Assembly: GCA_963701665.1 (NCBI GenBank)
Contig: OY969622.1
Coordinates: 1,184,001-1,248,000, forward strand
Reading direction: 5' to 3'
Length of the DNA stretch: 64,000 nt
Source of the DNA: Candidatus Babeliales bacterium
GTDB taxonomy: Bacteria; Babelota; Babeliae; Babelales; JANWKD01
The translations under genes were made by a program, and so were the position numbers. The notes under the pieces are model-generated. The model was not told the DNA's origin. It made no database searches and saw only the letters and a program-made list of their open reading frames with translations. Shown one piece after another: positions 50,680 to 61,452 of this stretch (positions are counted from its first letter, which is position 1; each line of letters opens with the position of its first letter).

Positions 50680-51256
50680 GTGGCTCCTTTGTGCTTTCAG
50701 CAATCTCGATGAGAGTAAAAAGACACGTTGCACATACCTGCTCATCATCAACTTTGTTCATGCGAACTTTATCAACGGTCAGCACATACCGGATTTCTTG
50801 TATTGCTTTGAAAAACGCGTGCAATGAAGCAAATGATCCTTTTAATTCAAAAAGGAAGCAATGGGCATTATACCACCCATGACGTGTAATACCTTGCGGC
50901 TGGTATGAACAAAAAATCAGGTCATGACGCTCGATCGTGCTAAAAATCTCGGCAACCGTGTCGAGCGGCGACAAAACAACGCACGCATCAGACATTGATG
51001 CATACTGTTGTAAACGCTCGTCTAAAAGAAGCGCGCGCTGATCCAGCATATTCAGTGATGCACTCGTTTCATGATCGTGCGTGTGAATACCTTGCTCATA
51101 CATCGCAATTGACGCGCGCAATGGATGCCATACGGCATAAAACCATGCACTCGTTATGAGCAAACAAAGTGAAAGTGTTATCAGCACACGATATCGTGAA
51201 GGAATTTTGATGACATACCATAATGGTGTGTTCATACGATAAAAGAAATCATACAT
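50672..51256 (-). CDS. PilO/GspM-like assembly protein
   Basis: Single N-terminal TM, coiled coil, ferredoxin-like FELKGSFASLHAFFKAI. Confidence 0.6.
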   Translation of the reverse strand: MYDFFYRMNTPLWYVIKIPSRYRVLITLSLCLLITSAWFYAVWHPLRASIAMYEQGIHTHDHETSASLNMLDQRALLLDERLQQYASMSDACVVLSPLDTVAEIFSTIERHDLIFCSYQPQGITRHGWYNAHCFLFELKGSFASLHAFFKAIQEIRYVLTVDKVRMNKVDDEQVCATCLFTLIEIAESTKEPHA

Positions 51257-51279
51257 CGCTACTACCCCTTTTTATACTA

Positions 51280-52485
51280 TTAAAAAGTAGGTTTAATCCA
51301 TTGCATAGGATCCACAGGAATATTGTTTATTCTCATTTCCCAATGTAAATGATAGCCACTTGCATAGCCTGTTTTGCCTAACGTACCAATTGGATTACCC
51401 CGTTTTATGAAGTCTCCAACATTGATATCAGCAAATGAATCTAAATGGAAGAAAAGAGATAAAATCCCATAGCCATGATCGATTACAACGGTATTGCCAC
51501 TGAAAGCGTAACGATTTTTGAGTACAACAACACCATCTTGTGTCGCCCATACTACCGATTTTGGCATATTCAGAATATCAACAGCCTTATGTGCATAGCG
51601 ACCGCGCTCTTGCGTGGTACGGATAGTACCATATTCTGTTGATACTGCTGTTATATCGATTGGGGGATAAAAAACACCGTGCCATAATTTTTTATGCGGT
51701 GATTGTTCCGTAAGTTTTTCAAGTTCATGTTCTAATTCTTGTGCCGCTAAACCTGCTTCTTTTTCTTCTTGCACTTTTGCTGCATCTATGCGTAACATCT
51801 GTTTTTTAAATTGGAAAGGCAAAATTTGAAATTTACTATCGAGCACAAGCACGTTGCCAACATGATCAGTAATTTCGACGCTTAGAGGATATTCGTTAGG
51901 TATCTCTTCACAAAGTATTGGGATAAAACATTCATAGATGGGTGAATTTTTTGCCTCTTGAAAACAGTCGTAATTGTGTGATAACGCGCGCACCATAACT
52001 GATTTGATTTCTTTGTTTACTTGAAACTGAACATGCAACGTTCTTCCCTGCAGCACTTTATAATCGGCTTCCGAACGTACCATAGCAGCTTGCAAAGGAC
52101 TATTATCAACGTAGAAACCATATTCGATGCATGCTTTTTGTGCATGGTAAGTAGCATTAATTGCTTCTGCCTTAATCATATGGAAACCATTTTGTAATGA
52201 GGTGGTTTCAACGCTGAAAGGATATTCAAAATGTCCCGCATTAATCTTGAATTTATGGACAAGTAATTTCCCATCAAGCCACACCGAAATATCAGCAACC
52301 TTATAAGGATCCGATCCTTCTAATCGACATTGCACTTCCTGAGCGCAGTACGTATCGGGCTCTATGCCGTGAAACACGAGCGCGGGTTTATGCACATCAA
52401 GAAAATAGTGATAACCACGCCAACTGAAAAAACCAATAACACCACACAAAAGTATAAAGAGTAATGAATTCATTTTAAATGACAT
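51280..52485 (-). CDS. Membrane-anchored M23 metallopeptidase
   Basis: HKAVD, GNTVVIDHG, HL, GKTGYASGYHLHWE. Confidence 0.9.
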   Translation of the reverse strand: MSFKMNSLLFILLCGVIGFFSWRGYHYFLDVHKPALVFHGIEPDTYCAQEVQCRLEGSDPYKVADISVWLDGKLLVHKFKINAGHFEYPFSVETTSLQNGFHMIKAEAINATYHAQKACIEYGFYVDNSPLQAAMVRSEADYKVLQGRTLHVQFQVNKEIKSVMVRALSHNYDCFQEAKNSPIYECFIPILCEEIPNEYPLSVEITDHVGNVLVLDSKFQILPFQFKKQMLRIDAAKVQEEKEAGLAAQELEHELEKLTEQSPHKKLWHGVFYPPIDITAVSTEYGTIRTTQERGRYAHKAVDILNMPKSVVWATQDGVVVLKNRYAFSGNTVVIDHGYGILSLFFHLDSFADINVGDFIKRGNPIGTLGKTGYASGYHLHWEMRINNIPVDPMQWIKPTF

Positions 52486-52652
52486 TGAAAACCTCGATGA
52501 GTGAAAATTGCACACTAGAATGAAGATTGTTCAGTATTCTACTATAAATCTTTTTGGCGCATACGTAAATTTTTAAAAAATAAAAAAGTATTGCTTTCTT
52601 TCTGATTGAAACACTAGAATTTGTTCAATTAATAAAAAAGGATAGGTAACAC

Positions 52653-54197
52653 ATGAACACAAAATCGTGCGTGAACATACTCATAGTTGCAATACTCATG
52701 CCAACATTTTTTTTGAATGCGCAAGATCAAGCCACACTATGCTCTAAGCAATGTTATCCCCGTCAAGGTAAAAAATATACGCCATCACAATTAGTTGTAA
52801 GTCATCCCATTGATCCTACTACCGGCATAAAAACCTTAAATGCGCATACTAAAAACAATGTACCACAGGGTCTTTCAAAAGGATTTCAAACAACCTTTTG
52901 TAGTTTTACCAAAACAGCAACCATAGAAATCAATCACCCACCAGCAAATCAATTATTCCCTGATGACGGCTCTTTAAGTCAACTTCTTGATAGTTTTTTG
53001 ACAAGCATCAAGCAAGATACCTATTTTACCGTGTATTTCAGTAAGATACATCTTCTCTATTTACATGAACTTTATATTTATTTGACCAAAGTATATACCG
53101 TATTCAACCTCACGCCCTATGCTTCACTCGATAAATATCTTGATCAAGAATCAAAAACAGGTTTTATTAAGAAAAAATTAATTATCAGTCATCTTATCAG
53201 CATCATAGAAGCACAATCAAATCAAGCAATTTTAGCACGCTTTCCTTCTGGGCTCCCGCAGCATCTTGCAACCTATGCCGGCAATACGCTTATGAAAAAT
53301 GATTATGGTGCTAATCTTGATATGATGCTTAAAGATTCTGAAAAAACGCTCATGGTAGATCCTACAACGCAAGGTTTGCTCAAGCCAACGTTTGATAACA
53401 AAAGGGATCTCTACCTGACGTTCCTTGGCAATTATTTGAAATTCTTCACACAATATACTGCCGCGCTTTCACAAAAAAATGCTGCGCAAGAGTTCACCGG
53501 ATTCTCTACGTTTGTTGCCCATGCACAACGTATTAAAACAATCATGGATAAAATTACTGCCGATGCTGCAACAACATTGCGCGCAGTTCAACAGATTACG
53601 CCCCCACTTTTCTTTTATGACACACAGAGCTTGCGCGCGCTTAAAGTTATTCCTCAGCTTGCACACGAATTACCGGTAAATACAATCAGTATCGCGTGGC
53701 CTGATGCGCTCGTAAAAGCAGCACAAGGCGGCACAACACTCAAAGATAAATTTGGGTATGAATCGACCATCCCACTTGCCTATTTTGCCAACGGTAAAGG
53801 CAAAAAAGTTTCCTCACTAGCTCAGGCAAAACATCTCTATGTTAATATTCCCACCATGCAGTATTTGTATGTGCAAGAAGTGTTACCACAACCGGCATGG
53901 ATGAATTCTCCTGATGGCATTATCAAAATGTTACGCGCATGCGTTGGTGATTTTTCGGTGTTATTTGACCCTATTTTTAAGGGCACCACAATATTAGATC
54001 CTTGTTTGGGCTGCATCATAGCAAATGCTGCACAAAAAGCAGGCATCTCTCCTGTTGACGCTCGTTATTGCAATGCAACCGCAGCATACTTGAAAGGTAT
54101 TGAAGAAGCCCTCAATGCCGTTCAACAATCATCACAAGTTGGCGATGGCGGTGATTCAACGGGTACGATAGATCCAAATGCCCCAGGCGGATCTTAA
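52653..54197 (+). CDS. Large exported hypothetical protein, gene 1 of a three-gene operon
   Basis: 514 aa; signal peptide LNA|Q; Gly-rich tail. Confidence 0.85.
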   Translation: MNTKSCVNILIVAILMPTFFLNAQDQATLCSKQCYPRQGKKYTPSQLVVSHPIDPTTGIKTLNAHTKNNVPQGLSKGFQTTFCSFTKTATIEINHPPANQLFPDDGSLSQLLDSFLTSIKQDTYFTVYFSKIHLLYLHELYIYLTKVYTVFNLTPYASLDKYLDQESKTGFIKKKLIISHLISIIEAQSNQAILARFPSGLPQHLATYAGNTLMKNDYGANLDMMLKDSEKTLMVDPTTQGLLKPTFDNKRDLYLTFLGNYLKFFTQYTAALSQKNAAQEFTGFSTFVAHAQRIKTIMDKITADAATTLRAVQQITPPLFFYDTQSLRALKVIPQLAHELPVNTISIAWPDALVKAAQGGTTLKDKFGYESTIPLAYFANGKGKKVSSLAQAKHLYVNIPTMQYLYVQEVLPQPAWMNSPDGIIKMLRACVGDFSVLFDPIFKGTTILDPCLGCIIANAAQKAGISPVDARYCNATAAYLKGIEEALNAVQQSSQVGDGGDSTGTIDPNAPGGS

Positions 54198-54209
54198 GAT
54201 AGGTAATCA

Positions 54210-56048
54210 ATGATGAGGAGCCAAGTAATGAAATTAGTGTGTATTGTGGTCATATCATTAACACTCATGTACGCACATGCAGAACACACGCCAACGCCGT
54301 TACACCAAAAAGCAACATGGATAACGCAACAACTTTTCAATGCGCTTGGCATGTATCTTTCAGCTGCACGTATGGCATCACTCGAATCATTAGTCCATGA
54401 TCTTTTAGAATCTTCATCCTATGATTTGGAAAAAATTGCCGTTGTAGCATCTGAAAAAATCGATGCACAAAAAAGAATTATTGAAAATAGTATTGCCGCA
54501 ATTAAAGCAGCAGAAAAACCAATTCCGCCCAAATTATTTTTTGATCAGTTTGTGCTAGAAACTTATAGCAAGCATCTTCACGAGTATACAACTTCATTGC
54601 AAAAAACTATGACGCTCAAAGATAAAATACGAGGGTTTGCTGCACATGCACTCGCCTCAACAAAATCTTATTTTCAAAACGCTCGATCTCAGCCATTGTA
54701 TGAAAACATCGCGCAAGAGGTTGTTGATTATTGTGATTTTGAACGCGCAACATTGCTTGCTGATTATCAAACGGTGGTAAAATATTTACATAACGCAACG
54801 CACGGCTTGTTGCCTCCGATGATCCAATTTTGGCAAAACTCTGACACCCGTAATAGTTTGAGAATTCGCTCAAAATTATTAACGCCAGAGGTGCGCACCC
54901 AGTTTTGGGCAGAAATGGGCATGATCGCGTTGCAATCGATTCTCATGAGCGGCAGCAGTATGTATAACACCTATATTAATGAAGAAGATCAACAAGTTTT
55001 TGAACGATATTCAAAACAACAAGAACAAATTCAAAATGATTTTTCTACATTTATCACACAAACAAGAACTGCTCAAAAAGTAATAACCAAAACACTTACG
55101 GACGCATTTCTCGCTTCGGCAAAAACTACTGCCGAACAATATCAAGCACAAAACAAACAGTATAATGATGAAACAATGTATCTCTTTAAGGCCATAAATT
55201 TAAATCCGCCTATCTCGCATGATATGGAATATCCATCGGTGTGGAATGATCAACAATTTGAATTTTCCCCGATGAACACACCACCAGATCAACGATGGTA
55301 TAATGTATTTCAAATTAATAGCAGTGATTGGGAATATGATCCTGAGCACAATAGTTTCTGGCAAAACGGCCTTTCAATCTTTGATCCAACAAATCCTCAA
55401 GGAGCGCAACAAGATCACATTTTTACCGATTACAGCAGTCCTAAAGCACAATACGAAATTGAAGTGGAATGTCGCTTAATTAATGCCACGTACCCATTTT
55501 TTGCTGGCATTATGTTTAATAAAGCGCGGTGGATTTCTGCTGTTCCCGAGCGTTATCTACAATCCCGTATGGTTGGCATCTACGGCACTACTGATGCCAC
55601 CATGACAACATCAAGCATGGCACTCTGCTTTGCACAACAAAAATTAGTTAAAACACAAAAAGATTCTAAAGACATCACCACCATTCTTACGCCGGTGGAA
55701 CAAATGATGCAGAATGATCAAACGCATTTTTATAAATTTGCTGATGGTGATAGAGCGTTACTGGTGAAAGAACCGCTCACCCTTGTGTTTTCAATTGTTA
55801 CACAACCCACTCAAGCTACGATTACCGTCACCAAAAAAGGACAAACCAATCAAACGCTCGCGCAAAAAACATTCGATGATTTAAAAGATCCTTATATTGC
55901 CATTTTTGGTGGCATTGGCTTTGTGGCAACAGGATGTCAGGCAGAATTCACGCTTAAAAAACCTGAAGCATTAGTATTTACCCCTGAACAAATTAGTAAT
56001 TACAAAAAACCCAGCACGCAAGCCATCATGAAAAAGACAAAAAAATAA
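54210..56048 (+). CDS. Large exported hypothetical protein, gene 2 (hydrophobic helix, coiled coil, beta-rich domain)
   Basis: 612 aa; signal peptide AHA|E; 12 nt after gene 1. Confidence 0.85.
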   Translation: MMRSQVMKLVCIVVISLTLMYAHAEHTPTPLHQKATWITQQLFNALGMYLSAARMASLESLVHDLLESSSYDLEKIAVVASEKIDAQKRIIENSIAAIKAAEKPIPPKLFFDQFVLETYSKHLHEYTTSLQKTMTLKDKIRGFAAHALASTKSYFQNARSQPLYENIAQEVVDYCDFERATLLADYQTVVKYLHNATHGLLPPMIQFWQNSDTRNSLRIRSKLLTPEVRTQFWAEMGMIALQSILMSGSSMYNTYINEEDQQVFERYSKQQEQIQNDFSTFITQTRTAQKVITKTLTDAFLASAKTTAEQYQAQNKQYNDETMYLFKAINLNPPISHDMEYPSVWNDQQFEFSPMNTPPDQRWYNVFQINSSDWEYDPEHNSFWQNGLSIFDPTNPQGAQQDHIFTDYSSPKAQYEIEVECRLINATYPFFAGIMFNKARWISAVPERYLQSRMVGIYGTTDATMTTSSMALCFAQQKLVKTQKDSKDITTILTPVEQMMQNDQTHFYKFADGDRALLVKEPLTLVFSIVTQPTQATITVTKKGQTNQTLAQKTFDDLKDPYIAIFGGIGFVATGCQAEFTLKKPEALVFTPEQISNYKKPSTQAIMKKTKK

Positions 56049-56058
56049 CGGAGTTACC

Positions 56059-59000
56059 ATGAATCAAAAAATAGGTATATTCTTTTTCTGTGTGCTCTTT
56101 TTTGTGCCACTTTTTGGTGCATCCTATCCAGTGAATACACAAAACTCTGACTTCAGTTCTTTAAAAAATGATGTTTGCGAATTTGATGAAGAATCTGATA
56201 TCGTGCACTGCACCAAGACGGGTACTTTTCAAAAAGTCGTTAAAGATTGTGCGGGTACGCAAGCAGCAAAAAATCAATTCATAGGTTCTATTGTTGTTGA
56301 TAAAAAAACATGCAACTTATATGCCATTTCACCGCAACAAGCAATTGATCAAAATAAATCAGTGATTGTCATAGCAGAAAAAATTGCACAACAACTTTTC
56401 AGCCCCGTTATTTTAGGCACAAATAAATCATCAACCCCAAATCCTTTCCCGACTACATCGCTCAACAGCGCTGCCATCGATGCTGCCTATGGCTCAAGTG
56501 GATTATCCATGAGCTCGATTTTGATCGATTACTTTAAAAAGTTTTATTTTTATTTTGAGTACATTGTAAAAGTTGAATACGCGGCTCGTCTAGCAGCACT
56601 CGCACCCAACCTTGGTATCGATTTTGTAACGAGTCTTGAAAAAACAAGTTGGCAAGATTTTGTAAAAGCAATGATCGCTAAAGCTGGCAGCTGGGATAAT
56701 CTTGAAAAAAAATTGCTCGATGCTTCAATACAACCCCAATGGGATGCTGTTACTACGTTTATCGATGCCAAAACATGGCAAGAAGTCCCGCAAAGTTCAT
56801 TTTGGAAAAGTTTAAGTGTAGTAACGGCAAAGAGTTTAACAAGCTCTATGTTTTGGCAGAATTATTTAAAATACACTATCACCCGCACGTTTATTCAGGA
56901 TTCCATCATTCTCAGCTCCATCAAACAACTGGAAGAAAGCATTTTTTTATACATTCCTAATATTGAAATTGCCTATTATCATCCAGATTTTGTGTCGTTG
57001 CGCAATGGATCTGAAATGTATCACCTCAGTCTTCTTTTAACTGATGCATTTCGTTTACGTCTTCTTGAACATTGCAATGATTGGAACACGTTCAAAGATC
57101 CCAAAACAGGATCGTATGATTTAGTAAAATTGTATGCTGCCACAAAAGATTACCAAGCAACTGATTTTTATAAAGTTGCCGTTTTAGGTGAAGCTGATGC
57201 AATTAGCACATTCAAGGCGATTGCACAAAAAAAGGTTCCTGACCAACTTAAACTGATGCAAACACAGCCCACCTTGCATGATCAAATTTGTTTGATGAGC
57301 ATGGTGAAAATTTTACACGCGTTAACAAATTATCTTTATAACAAGGATCATCTTGATACAACGATGCAATTTTTCGCGCGCATCAACAAAAATCAATCGG
57401 GACCACAACCTTCTATGTTGCTCTACAGCACAGAAGATTATATCTTTTTAGATGATCTTAATCATCTAAATGACACCGTTGAACAAGATGTCATACAAAA
57501 GGCCTCGCAACCTAAATCAACTAATCCTGTGGACAATGCATGGAACAAACTTGTTAAACCATCACAAGGCAAAGTTACCACACAAAGCTGGAGTGATTTT
57601 GTTGATGATATTACCAGAACAGCAGGTGATGTATGGAGTGATATTGAAAAAACGGGCGAAGATGCTTATAGCGCCTTAGAAAAAGCTGGTGAATCGTTAG
57701 TAGAAACAATGATATCCACCGAAGAAACAATCGTAGGCGGCATTGCAAAAATTCCTGGCTTAGGTGAAGTTCTGACAGGACTTTCTCCTCGAGAAGCTGA
57801 TAAATTATTAGCTGATGCAAAAAAACTACGTGACCAAGCCGTCGAGGACATAAAACAAGCCGGCAAAGATCTTAATCAAGTGGTAAATGACGTCATTGAG
57901 ACGGCAACGACAGCAGTTAAAGGCGTACAAGTCACGGCAACAGAACTGGTAAAAGATATTGGATCAGGCATAGATGACGTATGTAATACTCTTTTAGCAA
58001 GCACTGACAAAGAACTTTGCAAGGACATCTCTGGAGCTTTCGTTACCACCTACCAAATGCTCATCGATGGACTTGCCAATCTTGCACACATTGCTGTATA
58101 TACCTATGGCGGCATGATGAAATTAACTGCTGATGCAGTAAATCTTATTGCACGGTCTGCAACCGATTTAGTAGTAAATAACTATGGAGATTTGGGCGAT
58201 GCAATTACGAGCGGCCTAAAAAGCATGGCTATTGACGCAGCAACTACTGTTTTAAAGCAACTCACCTATACGTTTAAATTCTTCTATGATGATCTCATGA
58301 ATGCGCTCAAATACGCGCAATATTTCATTTCAATTTTAACACGGCTCTTTATTGATGCATCAACAGCGGCCGCATTTGTCGGCGCTGGCATTGGATGGAT
58401 TTTTGATCGTGACATTAATCCATTCCAAGTAGCCGAAGACGCGCGCGAAAAATTAAGTGAAAACGAGCGTACCATTAATGCTGCTATAACAACCGCGTTG
58501 TTACTCGCGACCATCCCACTCACCGGCGGTTCAAGCGCGTGGGTTGTATTACCAATGATCGCTATGACGGTCGGCCCTCAAATTATTCAAATTGTTACTG
58601 CGGTACAAGAAGATGAATTAAAACGACAAGAAAAAGATGAGCAGCATGCGTTTGTGCTCACTTTCAGCGGCTTCATTGATACGAGCAAACTTGTTTATGC
58701 GCAGCAACAACGTGAAATCAGTAATGAATTGCAATTGAAATATACTGCGGAGTTAAGCAACCAAGAACGCAGTGTCGGATTTTATGAAAATTTCATGAAC
58801 AAAAATTTCGAAGCAGTGAAAGCACAAATGTCATTCTTGCTTGAAAATTGGTGGTCACAATTGTTATCACCAGATTCACTCGGACTTTCATTCGCTGATG
58901 TTGGTTCAGTATACGGCATTAAGACGGGCGTTTATGAATTAAATCCATCACAAGGATTCTCGCTCTATAGCGCTGGCCGTCAAAGTTTCAGCCAAGAAAT

Positions 59001-60675
59001 TGCGGTGATGCCTGAAACAGTTTCTGATACTTCAGATAACAATCAGCTTATTAGTTCAACTAATTTGAGCAAAAATTGGTTTAATCAAAAAGAGACGGTA
59101 CCTTTGGCAAGCTCTGTCAATGAAGTTGAAATTAGGTTTAAAGCTATTTACCTGTTGAACACATTCTACATTGGCATTTATATTGGCGGCAAAGTGCTTG
59201 ATATTGCTGCCATCACGAGCAAAGATAAAAGTAAAAAAGCGAATCTTGACTTGGATTTAGATCACCTAGCTAAAATGGCGGTGTTCAAACGAGAAGAAAT
59301 AACTAAGCCTGTTGTTGGCTGTCTCTATGAACATGAAGGTAAAGGTTGGTTCAATGAAACCATGCCGCTACAACAATTTACGGTTGATACGTGGTATCGC
59401 ATCAATGTACAACTCCAAGGCACTAATCTTACCATGAAACTATGGCCAGAAAATAATCCTAATGCAGCGCAAACACAAACATATCCGATTACGGCACTCG
59501 CTCAACAAAAGATGATTGGCGTCATTTCGTCGGGAGCAGCAATCGAATATCAAATTAAAAAACCAGCTATTACCGTACAAGCAATGCCTACCATTCGTCC
59601 TACAAAAGGCATCTGTCCAACATTGAGCTCGGACAAACCATGTCTTGATGATAGCAATGTTATTTCCCTGAGCGTAGAAAAAACACGTGAACAAACTGCA
59701 CGCGATCAATTGGGCTACAAATTAAACCCTACTCTTGGGAATTTTAACCCTCAAGCTGTGAGCAAAGACCAGATTCTCAAAAATCATTTTATGTATACAT
59801 CACAAGCTACAAATCTTGCTAACGCAGTATCAGCACAGGATTATGTTGCAATGTGCACCATTGATAGTAGTTTGGCAGTAAATGGTATTGGAAAATATCC
59901 ACTTGATAATGATAGTGTTATCAGCTTTATTTCTAAGAAAGTATTCAAAAATGATGGCAGCTTCTCAGGCGTTCGTGTTACGAATGCATTCAGCAATTTT
60001 GCCAATACATTCCCATTACCTGATAGTCTTGTTGCCACGGTGCGCACGGCAGAACAAGCGTATACAAAACAAAATATGAATGTTACGTTTGCGCCATTTA
60101 CCCTCAAAGCAGTAAGCCAAAAAGCAATTGAAAACTATCAATATATTTATACCATGCCACTCGTCGATAACTCAGGACAACCAGTTAAAGATGATAAGAA
60201 GAACGCGCTCCTTGATTATTTAGTGTTTGTCGTCTTAAGGGGCACATCACTCGATACAAACTATCAACCTGGTCTTTCATATCTTGATGCAACAGAAAAA
60301 TCAGAAAAACAGTTTGGATTGTTAAGTTTAGTTACGGGGAATTTATATCAACAAGGTAACAAAACACCGATAAATAAAGGATATGATATCTTTAGTGATT
60401 TCATAAATAGCTACCAAAATCCGCCATTAGATAAAGATCTCCTTGCTGCTATGAATGCTGCGCGTACTGCCTATCCACAAAGTGGTGGTGCTATAATCCC
60501 ACTTAAACCGGGCGGCGGCACTCAAACAGGCGGCACAAGTACATCATCGGGTGGCAATAAAGGCCCTGATACCGGCAAAGGCACTGATCAGCAACAAATT
60601 ACGCCACCATCACAAAATATGAGTGATCGAACTGCACAAGGTGCGGGTGATCCTTCTAATATTAGCATCGGTTAA
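56059..60675 (+). CDS. Very large exported hypothetical protein, gene 3 (amphipathic helices, hydrophobic hairpin, beta-rich domain, two C-terminal repeats)
   Basis: 1538 aa; signal peptide LFG|A; 10 nt after gene 2. Confidence 0.85.
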   Translation: MNQKIGIFFFCVLFFVPLFGASYPVNTQNSDFSSLKNDVCEFDEESDIVHCTKTGTFQKVVKDCAGTQAAKNQFIGSIVVDKKTCNLYAISPQQAIDQNKSVIVIAEKIAQQLFSPVILGTNKSSTPNPFPTTSLNSAAIDAAYGSSGLSMSSILIDYFKKFYFYFEYIVKVEYAARLAALAPNLGIDFVTSLEKTSWQDFVKAMIAKAGSWDNLEKKLLDASIQPQWDAVTTFIDAKTWQEVPQSSFWKSLSVVTAKSLTSSMFWQNYLKYTITRTFIQDSIILSSIKQLEESIFLYIPNIEIAYYHPDFVSLRNGSEMYHLSLLLTDAFRLRLLEHCNDWNTFKDPKTGSYDLVKLYAATKDYQATDFYKVAVLGEADAISTFKAIAQKKVPDQLKLMQTQPTLHDQICLMSMVKILHALTNYLYNKDHLDTTMQFFARINKNQSGPQPSMLLYSTEDYIFLDDLNHLNDTVEQDVIQKASQPKSTNPVDNAWNKLVKPSQGKVTTQSWSDFVDDITRTAGDVWSDIEKTGEDAYSALEKAGESLVETMISTEETIVGGIAKIPGLGEVLTGLSPREADKLLADAKKLRDQAVEDIKQAGKDLNQVVNDVIETATTAVKGVQVTATELVKDIGSGIDDVCNTLLASTDKELCKDISGAFVTTYQMLIDGLANLAHIAVYTYGGMMKLTADAVNLIARSATDLVVNNYGDLGDAITSGLKSMAIDAATTVLKQLTYTFKFFYDDLMNALKYAQYFISILTRLFIDASTAAAFVGAGIGWIFDRDINPFQVAEDAREKLSENERTINAAITTALLLATIPLTGGSSAWVVLPMIAMTVGPQIIQIVTAVQEDELKRQEKDEQHAFVLTFSGFIDTSKLVYAQQQREISNELQLKYTAELSNQERSVGFYENFMNKNFEAVKAQMSFLLENWWSQLLSPDSLGLSFADVGSVYGIKTGVYELNPSQGFSLYSAGRQSFSQEIAVMPETVSDTSDNNQLISSTNLSKNWFNQKETVPLASSVNEVEIRFKAIYLLNTFYIGIYIGGKVLDIAAITSKDKSKKANLDLDLDHLAKMAVFKREEITKPVVGCLYEHEGKGWFNETMPLQQFTVDTWYRINVQLQGTNLTMKLWPENNPNAAQTQTYPITALAQQKMIGVISSGAAIEYQIKKPAITVQAMPTIRPTKGICPTLSSDKPCLDDSNVISLSVEKTREQTARDQLGYKLNPTLGNFNPQAVSKDQILKNHFMYTSQATNLANAVSAQDYVAMCTIDSSLAVNGIGKYPLDNDSVISFISKKVFKNDGSFSGVRVTNAFSNFANTFPLPDSLVATVRTAEQAYTKQNMNVTFAPFTLKAVSQKAIENYQYIYTMPLVDNSGQPVKDDKKNALLDYLVFVVLRGTSLDTNYQPGLSYLDATEKSEKQFGLLSLVTGNLYQQGNKTPINKGYDIFSDFINSYQNPPLDKDLLAAMNAARTAYPQSGGAIIPLKPGGGTQTGGTSTSSGGNKGPDTGKGTDQQQITPPSQNMSDRTAQGAGDPSNISIG

Positions 60676-60779
60676 TTTTTTTTGATGTCACCAAAGAAAT
60701 TGATTAAGCAATTTAATGATTTATTTTTTCATATATAATGGAAATAGCTTATACAATATATAATTATTTCGAGGCATAT

Positions 60780-61364
60780 ATGAGAAAATTATTTTATTCA
60801 AAATTATTTTCAATATTGATAATATCACTTGCTTATTCCATGGAAGAACCATTGCAACAAGCTGAGAATGAGGAAGAAGAATCGTACCAAACTAAACATT
60901 TTGACAGCTGCTGGTATCTTGCTATGCATGAAGCAGTTGAAGCATATAATAACGCACATCATACAGTATATACGTGCCAAGATATTGCCCATGTTAAACA
61001 AACGGGATTGCTATGGCCCGCAAAAGATCAATGGGCATATGATGGTTATTATACCGGACAGTATGTCGATATAAATCAAATCGATAAACATAGAGAAAAA
61101 TATGTTAGTTGGTCTGATGAAATCAAAAAACGCACACAAAAAAATGTACATCGTTTTTGGAAAAGATCACCAAAAATCACAATCGACGTAAGCCGGGCTA
61201 ATGCAGGACGCATTAAAATAGAAATCGATACTACAAAATATGATCAAGATCTTCTTAATAGAAGACCGTTTTACGAAAAACCTATTCCTGTTTTATGTCT
61301 TGCAGTACCAACAACCATTGGCGTAACGTGGCTCTTCAAATCTTGGTGGGATTCTCGCAAGTAA
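60780..61364 (+). CDS. Exported protein with C-terminal TM (ME-type)
   Basis: GAGG RBS; MRKLFYSKLFSILIISLAYS|MEEP. Confidence 0.75.
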   Translation: MRKLFYSKLFSILIISLAYSMEEPLQQAENEEEESYQTKHFDSCWYLAMHEAVEAYNNAHHTVYTCQDIAHVKQTGLLWPAKDQWAYDGYYTGQYVDINQIDKHREKYVSWSDEIKKRTQKNVHRFWKRSPKITIDVSRANAGRIKIEIDTTKYDQDLLNRRPFYEKPIPVLCLAVPTTIGVTWLFKSWWDSRK

Positions 61365-61452
61365 CTATCATTATTTTCACATAGAAACTTAAATTTGCGA
61401 TTTTTTCCAGGTTTGGTATACTCTATATGATTAATTATATGGAGTGTATCAA

